A DNA stretch of 64,000 bases from Chthoniobacteraceae bacterium (GTDB taxonomy: Bacteria; Verrucomicrobiota; Verrucomicrobiia; Chthoniobacterales; Chthoniobacteraceae). The translations under genes and the position numbers were made by a program. The DNA lies in NCBI GenBank assembly GCA_040081625.1, contig JBEBGD010000010.1, positions 1 to 64,000 of the forward strand, given 5' to 3'. The notes under the pieces are model-generated. The model saw nothing but the letters and a program-made list of their open reading frames with translations, had not been told where the DNA came from and made no database searches. Positions 57,783 to 64,000 of this stretch are shown here, piece after piece; within the stretch, counting starts at the first letter, position 1; every line of letters starts with the position of its first letter.

Positions 57783-60488
57783 ATGAACTCCGCAGACCGC
57801 TTTGAACTCGACGCCATTCGCCACGACCAGGACGCCGTGCATCGCCGCGTCGAGAATCTCGACCAGCGCATCGACCTGCTCGTGCGAAGGCTCGCGACGC
57901 CACCGCCCTTGGCCGATCCCCAGCCCAGCGTCCCGCAGCAACCGGACGCGGAGTCGAGGGATCCGGTGCAAGCTCCGTCCGACGTCCGCTGCGAAAGTCC
58001 CGCGGATGTTCCGACGGAAACTTCGACCCCGCCTCCGCTGCCCCCGGCGGGCGAGTCGTTTGAGCTTCGCGTCGGCACATTCTGGATGGCACGCGTCGGC
58101 ATCGTGATCCTGCTGACCGGCCTCGTCTTCCTCGGGAACTACGCCTACCAGCGCTTCATCGCGTTGCTCGGGCCTTGTGGAAAACTCGTGCTGCTCACTG
58201 TTGCCGGTGCTGCGCTCGCGGGTCTCGGTGCGTGGCTCGAACGCAAGAGCGAGAGCCTGCGCAACTACGGTCGCGTGCTGCTCGCGGGCGGCGCGGCGAC
58301 GATCTACTACACGACCTACGCGGCCCACTTCGTCGAGCGCCTGCGCGTGATCGACAGCGCACTAATCGGAGGAACGCTGCTGCTTGCGCTTGCCGGCGGC
58401 ATCATGTGGTTCGCCGAGCGGCGCCGCTCGGAACCGACCGCGCTCATGGCGGTGCTGCTGAGCTACTACACGTCGGCGATCAATCCGATCGGCAGCTTCA
58501 CGCTTTTCTCGAACCTCCTGCTCACGGGCGTTGCCGTCTTTTTCCTCGTCCGCCGCCAGTGGACGAAGCTCTCGCTCGCCAGCCTCGTGGCGACCTACGG
58601 CAGCTACGGTTTCTGGCAGTTCCAGCAGGGAAGCGCCGCGGAGTTCGGACTGGGATTTCTCGCGAGCTACTGGACGCTCTTCACCGTCGCCGTCTTCCTC
58701 GCCTCACCGGGCGTGCTCCGCGCGGGCTTTCTCACGCTCAACAATGGCGTCTTCTTTGGGTTCGCTGCGCATTTCTTCGCGGTGCGGCATCCCGCGGAGT
58801 TCTGGATGTTCGCGCTCGGCTACGGCGTGGTGTTGCTCGGCCTGGCTGCGCTCGCCGCCCGCCAGCACGGCGATGAGCCATCGATGGATGGCGCGTATCT
58901 CGCGCAAGGTCTCGCGCTCGTGACCGCTGGCTTCGCAGCCAAACTCACCGGACCGCAGTTCGCCGTCGTGCTGGCGGTGGAAAGCGGCGCGCTGCTCGCG
59001 TGCGCGCGCTGGCGCCACGGCTGGCTCTATCAACTCGCGGCGGGATTGTGCGCGATCGGCGCGTTCGGGATCACGCTGGATACGATCGATGCCGGGGCCG
59101 CATCGCCGCTCGCGCTCGGTGGCACCGTCGCGGCGCTTCTGCTCGCGAATGCGTGGTGGGTGAAATTTGCGCGTGGCGAATGGCCCGCGCGCGAGTTCAC
59201 TCCGCACGCGTTTGGATTCGCCGTGCTCGGGCTGTTGCTCACGGGTGAGGTGATCTCGCACGTCGTCGCCGCGCCGTGGCTGCCGGCGGCATTTGCTCTC
59301 GCTGCGCTGACGGGCCTGCTCGCGGCGCGGGGGAGGATGCACGAGATCGCGTGGCCGGCACAGGGCTTTGCTTTGTGGGGCACCTTGCTCGCGATCGGCC
59401 AAGGTGTGAACGGGGCGCCCTCGCCGTGGTGGACGCCGCTCCCGGCGATCGCGACTGCCCTCGTGCTGATGCACCGGTGGCAACTTTCACGGCGGAACGC
59501 CGCGCTTTGCGTGAGCGTGCAGTGCGCCTTCGCCGGCGCGGCGACCGTTGCGGGAGCGTTCTGGCTACGGGCATTTGCTCACGGCGATGCGTGGCTCGCC
59601 GCGACGAGTGCGGCGGCGATCGGGACGTTGATCTACGGCCTCGCGACGCGCGCATGGCCGGTTGCACTCATGGGGCAGGGGTTCACGGCCTGCGCGGCGC
59701 TGGCTTTCCTCGATGGACTCGGCAACGGCCATCCGCACTGGCTCGCGGCGCTCGCGCCCGTGCTTGCGATGATGGGCACGCGCGAGCTGCTCGCGCGCGT
59801 CGCCGGCAGGCGCTGGCCTGCGTTGCAGGAAGACTGGAGATTCGCCGAGATCGCGATCGGATATCAGGTCGCGGGCGCGGTGATGTTCGCCGGGTGGTCG
59901 TTCGAATACGTGCCGGCGGAGTGGCGCGTGGTGTATTTCGGCGCGCTCGGCGCCGCGCACATCGTCGCTGGTTCGCTGTGGCCTGCGCGGAGCCGCATCG
60001 TCACTGGCGCGCTCCATGGCGCGGCGGCGATGGTGATGTTCTGGATGCACTTCGGGCAGGACGCCGCGTGGCTGGATCTCGCGGCGCTGATCGCCGTGCC
60101 CGCGAGCGTCCGGTGGGGCGAACGTCGCGCGGGGAGCGCCGGCCTTTGGCGTGAGGCGCACCAGGCGCTGATGGTGATGGTGCTCGCGAGCGCGTGGCTC
60201 TGGGTCACGCGCTGGACGATCAGCCACGGCTATCCCGGGCATCTGACCGCAGCGTGGGCGGTGCTCGCGCTGGTCGTCTTCGCGGCGGGCCTCGGTTTGC
60301 GCGAACGCATCCACCGTCTCGGCGGCTTTGCCTTCCTCGCGCTGGCGATCGGGCGGCTCTTCGTCGTGGATGTGTGGCGCTTCGACACGCTCTATCGGAT
60401 CGTCAGCTTTCTCGTGCTTGGTGTCGTGCTGCTGGCGCTCAGTTTCATCTATCACCGTTTTGCCGGGACGCTGCGGCGGTGGCTGTAG
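57783..60488 (+). CDS. DUF2339-like polytopic membrane protein
   Basis: FELRVGTFWMARVGIVILLTG; many TM helices; RLFVVDVW...RIVSFLVLGVVLL..SFIY. Confidence 0.85.
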   Translation: MNSADRFELDAIRHDQDAVHRRVENLDQRIDLLVRRLATPPPLADPQPSVPQQPDAESRDPVQAPSDVRCESPADVPTETSTPPPLPPAGESFELRVGTFWMARVGIVILLTGLVFLGNYAYQRFIALLGPCGKLVLLTVAGAALAGLGAWLERKSESLRNYGRVLLAGGAATIYYTTYAAHFVERLRVIDSALIGGTLLLALAGGIMWFAERRRSEPTALMAVLLSYYTSAINPIGSFTLFSNLLLTGVAVFFLVRRQWTKLSLASLVATYGSYGFWQFQQGSAAEFGLGFLASYWTLFTVAVFLASPGVLRAGFLTLNNGVFFGFAAHFFAVRHPAEFWMFALGYGVVLLGLAALAARQHGDEPSMDGAYLAQGLALVTAGFAAKLTGPQFAVVLAVESGALLACARWRHGWLYQLAAGLCAIGAFGITLDTIDAGAASPLALGGTVAALLLANAWWVKFARGEWPAREFTPHAFGFAVLGLLLTGEVISHVVAAPWLPAAFALAALTGLLAARGRMHEIAWPAQGFALWGTLLAIGQGVNGAPSPWWTPLPAIATALVLMHRWQLSRRNAALCVSVQCAFAGAATVAGAFWLRAFAHGDAWLAATSAAAIGTLIYGLATRAWPVALMGQGFTACAALAFLDGLGNGHPHWLAALAPVLAMMGTRELLARVAGRRWPALQEDWRFAEIAIGYQVAGAVMFAGWSFEYVPAEWRVVYFGALGAAHIVAGSLWPARSRIVTGALHGAAAMVMFWMHFGQDAAWLDLAALIAVPASVRWGERRAGSAGLWREAHQALMVMVLASAWLWVTRWTISHGYPGHLTAAWAVLALVVFAAGLGLRERIHRLGGFAFLALAIGRLFVVDVWRFDTLYRIVSFLVLGVVLLALSFIYHRFAGTLRRWL

Positions 60489-60535
60489 GCGTTGTGCGTT
60501 CCGGGTTCGTCGGTAGCGTGCGGGCGTCACGGCTT

Positions 60536-62083
60536 ATGAAACGAATGTCCCTTTTCCCACTGCTCGCCATGCTCGCGCTGGCCGCGCGCGCGCTGGGCGT
60601 AGGCGATCGGACGCTCACGGAGACGTCGTCCACGCCGAGCGTCACCGTCCATTTCACCACGACCGCGGGGCCGAACCAGACGACCCGGGCCATCGCGGAC
60701 GCAGTCGCGCGGGAGATGGATGGCGCGCTTCATTTTCTCTTCCGCCGCTATCGCCCGGCCATCCCGGCGTCCAATAACGGCAAGCTCAACGTGGACATCA
60801 AGGACCTCGGCAGCGCAAACGGGCGGACCGACGCGATGGCGATCGTCGGCGATGCACGCCTCGCGGCGTCCTACATCAACATCACCTCGGACCTCGTCGC
60901 GCGTGCGGCGGCGAGCGGGTTGACGCTCGAGGAATTCATCCGCGTCGTCTGCATGCACGAGTGCATGCACGCGGTGCAAAACTCCTACAACGCGCACGTC
61001 AGCCCGTGGTTTCGGGAAGCGCAGGCGGCGTGGGCGGAGGCTGCGTTCACCGGGATCTCGGGGCAGCTCGCGGGCTATTATGCGGCTGGCGATTCCGTGT
61101 CGCTGAATCCCGGGCTGCCGCTCTGGGCCGCTACGCCGGGTGAGGCGCACGAGCGTTCGCTCTCGGCCTTCGTGCATTTCCTCGTATCGAAAAAGGGGAT
61201 GCGCATCGTGGACCGCTGGCTCGCCGCCACCGAGGGCACCAATGACGCGATGGCCGCTCTGCAAACCGCGCTCGGCGGCGATGGGAGGACGTTCAGCGGG
61301 CTGTATCGCCAGTTTCTCCTGCAACTTTACAGGCGCGACATCCGCTTCACACCGATCGCCGGCGGACGCGCGAACCTGGTGCTGCCGCCGATTGCGGAGT
61401 TGCCCGCGCTCAGCGAACTCGGCCAGGACTTCGACCTCACGCTCACGCCCACGGGCGCGGCGTTCGCGCGATTCACGCCGGATGTTCGCATCCCGAACAC
61501 CTATGCGATCGCCATGGTCGAGGACGGCGCCACGGGCGCGCCGGAGCTGCTCGTGATCAAGCGACCGCAGCGCACCTCGCCGATCCGGACGATCAAGCCG
61601 GCCGACCACACGGTGATCAACGGCTTCAACAGCTCTGTGGAGACGCTCGTCATCTTCACCGACACGACCGTGCGCGACGAGACCGTGCCGCCGACCCCGA
61701 TCAAGGCGAAACTTCTCAGCCCGTATCTCCATTTCAAGACGGTGCAGCCGGAGACACCGATCGCCGCGGGCCAGATCTCGACCATCGACATCACCTACGA
61801 CCTGCTCGGCCTGCCGCCGGGCGTCACGAGCATGCGCGTCGATTTCCGCATCGCGGGACGAGGCCCCGGCGTCGCGGTCCGCACCACGCAAGAGATCGAC
61901 GCGTTCACCGGCGCGGACCGGCACCTCTTCCCTATCTTCCAAAGCGCGGCGGATCGCGCCGGTTCCTACCGCTTCACGTGGACCGGGCTCACGCCGATGC
62001 GGGGCTTCTCCGCGCGAAAGCTGCCGCAGAGCAGAACGTCGATCTCCAATCACGTCGTGGTGGATGAAGCGCCGGCGCCTTGA
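60536..62083 (+). CDS. Secreted putative gluzincin metalloprotease
   Basis: Signal peptide; HECMHAVQ...WFREAQAAWAE. Confidence 0.65.
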   Translation: MKRMSLFPLLAMLALAARALGVGDRTLTETSSTPSVTVHFTTTAGPNQTTRAIADAVAREMDGALHFLFRRYRPAIPASNNGKLNVDIKDLGSANGRTDAMAIVGDARLAASYINITSDLVARAAASGLTLEEFIRVVCMHECMHAVQNSYNAHVSPWFREAQAAWAEAAFTGISGQLAGYYAAGDSVSLNPGLPLWAATPGEAHERSLSAFVHFLVSKKGMRIVDRWLAATEGTNDAMAALQTALGGDGRTFSGLYRQFLLQLYRRDIRFTPIAGGRANLVLPPIAELPALSELGQDFDLTLTPTGAAFARFTPDVRIPNTYAIAMVEDGATGAPELLVIKRPQRTSPIRTIKPADHTVINGFNSSVETLVIFTDTTVRDETVPPTPIKAKLLSPYLHFKTVQPETPIAAGQISTIDITYDLLGLPPGVTSMRVDFRIAGRGPGVAVRTTQEIDAFTGADRHLFPIFQSAADRAGSYRFTWTGLTPMRGFSARKLPQSRTSISNHVVVDEAPAP

Positions 62084-62093
62084 GCTGCTCCCC

Positions 62094-62678
62094 TCAGGGC
62101 GGGGTATTGCCACCGCAGTCCGGGCAGAGCCCGTGGCTGAATTTCGCCCCGGTGTGCTCGCTCAAGAACGACTCGAGGGGCTGCCAGCAGCCGTCGGCTC
62201 CCCGAATCTTTTTGCACGCGGAGCAGATCGCCACCAAACCCGTGAGCTGCCTGACATTTGCCAGCGCGGTCTCAAGGTCTTGCACGAGCGCGCGCACTTC
62301 GATCTCTTTCGCGTGCTTGTAGAGCGCGAGCTCGATGCCGACCTCCAGTTCGCGGACCTGGAATGGCTTGAGCACGTAGCCGAAGGGCGACGCGGCCAAT
62401 GCGCGGCTGAGTGTCGCGCGGTCCGAGTGCGCGGTGATGAAAACGACCGGGATGTTTCCATTGCCCCGGATGACGCTTGCCGCGGTGATGCCATCGGTCC
62501 CGCCAGCGAGTTGGATGTCCATCAGGACGAGATCGGGTCGCAGCGTTTCGGCGGCGCGCACAGCGTCGTGCGCGTTGTCCTCGACACCGACGACGTCGAA
62601 TCCGAGCGCGATCAGCTCGCGTTTAAGATCAAGCGCAGTGATGGCTTCGTCTTCGATTACGAGAATCCTGGTGGCCAT
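62094..62678 (-). CDS. Response regulator with C-terminal Cys/His zinc-binding-like tail
   Basis: ILVIEDE, DLVLMDI, FITAH, KPF; ICSACKKIR...FSHGLCPDC. Confidence 0.9.
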   Translation of the reverse strand: MATRILVIEDEAITALDLKRELIALGFDVVGVEDNAHDAVRAAETLRPDLVLMDIQLAGGTDGITAASVIRGNGNIPVVFITAHSDRATLSRALAASPFGYVLKPFQVRELEVGIELALYKHAKEIEVRALVQDLETALANVRQLTGLVAICSACKKIRGADGCWQPLESFLSEHTGAKFSHGLCPDCGGNTPP

Positions 62679-62798
62679 GTATCAGTTCGGTTCGTGGAGG
62701 AAAAGCGGCGGGTGAATGATCGCGGCGCCGCCGCGCCGACCGGCGAGCCATCGCGGTAACACCGTTTCCCCGGCATTCAAGCTCGCGCTCGCGGCGGG

Positions 62799-63998
62799 CT
62801 ACCGCCGGTTCTCGATCTCGATCTCATCGATCCAGGCCCGGGCCTTTGCTTTGCCGTTCGAGGACCAGCCCAGCCAGTCGAGCTTCGCCATCGCCGGATC
62901 CACGAATTTCAGCGCATCAAATCGCTGCGGCTGCTGGCCGGGCGCGGTCAGCGTGCAGGACCAGGTCGCGTCGCCCGGTTCGCCGAGACGGGCTTCGACC
63001 TCGACGTGGAGCCAGCCCTCGGAGGGTAGATCGATCAGCTTGCGGCCATTCGCCTTCGCCGCGCCGCTCTCGAAGATGAGCTGCGGCCCAGTGCGATAAG
63101 GCTGCGCGTCGTCGCGCCATTCGTAGTTGAGCTGGTAGCCGGATTCGAGGCGCACATCGAAGCTCACGCGTGTGGTCCCGGCGTCGTGGTGCGGGACGTA
63201 GTAGAAGTGCGGCTCGAACTGCGGCGACACGTCCGGCCCGTCCCGCAGTTCAAGCGCCCGCTCGCCTTTGCTTCCACCATTTACGACTGCGAGCACGGGA
63301 CCGAGTTGATTGCTCAGCCGCGCGCCGTGCCCGGGCTTCGCGTCGAGCGGTGTCGTCTCGAAGTCGTCGTGTAGTCTGAGCGGCCGCGGCTTGGGCTTTG
63401 CGGAGAAAACCACCGGCGGATACTCCACCGCAGCCAGCTTGCGCCATGCGTCATCGCCCGTCACACCGGCCTTGCGCCAGTCGAACGGCTTGAAGCCGAG
63501 CCTGAGCGCCGGCGATTCCGCCCGCAGCGTCCAGTCGCCCTTTTCCGGAGCGACGAAAAGCGGGTCGGCGATGAGCGACTCGGGATCGTGCCCGAAAAGC
63601 TGCCAGTCCGCCCAGGATTTCCCGGCGAGGTCGAACGGGTTGCCTCCGACCTGCCAATAGACGTTTCGATTCACCCACGCGCGACCGCTGAACCAATTGT
63701 CATCCACGTGTCCGAAGAGGCGCCCTTCGTTGAAAAGCACGATGTTATTCTCAAAGGCGACTCCGAGGAACTCCTCGGGCTTCGACCAGCGGACCTGGAA
63801 CTCCTGATTAAAGGCGAAGATATTGTTCCGGACGATGTTGCCTCGGCCGTAGTGCTGGTGATAGCCGCCGCTCTGCGTGCGATAGACGAGGTTGTCCTCC
63901 CACACGATGCCGGTGGAGCCTTCGTCATTGTAGAGTCCCCAGCCGCCATAGCTCGCGCACGCCGCGTCGTGGATGTGACAGCCCCGGATGACGGTGCC
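62799..63998 (-). CDS. Right-handed beta-helix repeat protein, 5'-partial
   Basis: Frame open to the window end; YGGWGLYNDEGSTGIVWEDNLVY, HQHYG, ADPLFV. Confidence 0.8.
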   Translation of the reverse strand, partial: GTVIRGCHIHDAACASYGGWGLYNDEGSTGIVWEDNLVYRTQSGGYHQHYGRGNIVRNNIFAFNQEFQVRWSKPEEFLGVAFENNIVLFNEGRLFGHVDDNWFSGRAWVNRNVYWQVGGNPFDLAGKSWADWQLFGHDPESLIADPLFVAPEKGDWTLRAESPALRLGFKPFDWRKAGVTGDDAWRKLAAVEYPPVVFSAKPKPRPLRLHDDFETTPLDAKPGHGARLSNQLGPVLAVVNGGSKGERALELRDGPDVSPQFEPHFYYVPHHDAGTTRVSFDVRLESGYQLNYEWRDDAQPYRTGPQLIFESGAAKANGRKLIDLPSEGWLHVEVEARLGEPGDATWSCTLTAPGQQPQRFDALKFVDPAMAKLDWLGWSSNGKAKARAWIDEIEIENRR

Positions 63999-64000
63999 CG

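Overview
High-GC chromosomal window, most consistent with a Verrucomicrobiota (Chthoniobacter/Spartobacteria-like) genome. This is an inference from the PEP-CTERM and H-X9-DG prepilin proteins, the PVC-type CxxCH dehydrogenase, the many sulfatases, DUF5069 and the scarcity of Shine-Dalgarno sites. About 50 coding regions are supported. They include large repeat-rich surface proteins (HYR-like, Calx-beta, PL8 lyase, sulfatase-YHYH), an NO/nitrite cluster (Crp/Fnr regulator, signal-peptide YHS-truncated globin, nirK-cytochrome c, nirV, SCO, DUF2249, nnrS) around one perfect FNR-type box, an ArsR/PiT/GcvH-like/COG0523 block, housekeeping genes (aroD, ispD, carB, pduO, yqeY, M16 peptidase) and a decayed accessory island at 37.7-42.75 kb (broken C5-methyltransferase/REase/Vsr locus, REP-flanked Y1 transposase, 42-bp-period array, TA pair with a nonsense-inactivated toxin). 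No rRNA, tRNA or canonical CRISPR-Cas was seen. The most unusual signals are: (i) two integrase-less single-gene cassettes, each followed by a second, diverged copy of the upstream gene's 3' end; (ii) a 16-nt-core/26-nt-spacer array; (iii) one FNR box at -41.5 for two back-to-back promoters driving NirK and a probably exported YHS-globin. All protein calls come from motif recognition by eye and no database searches were run.
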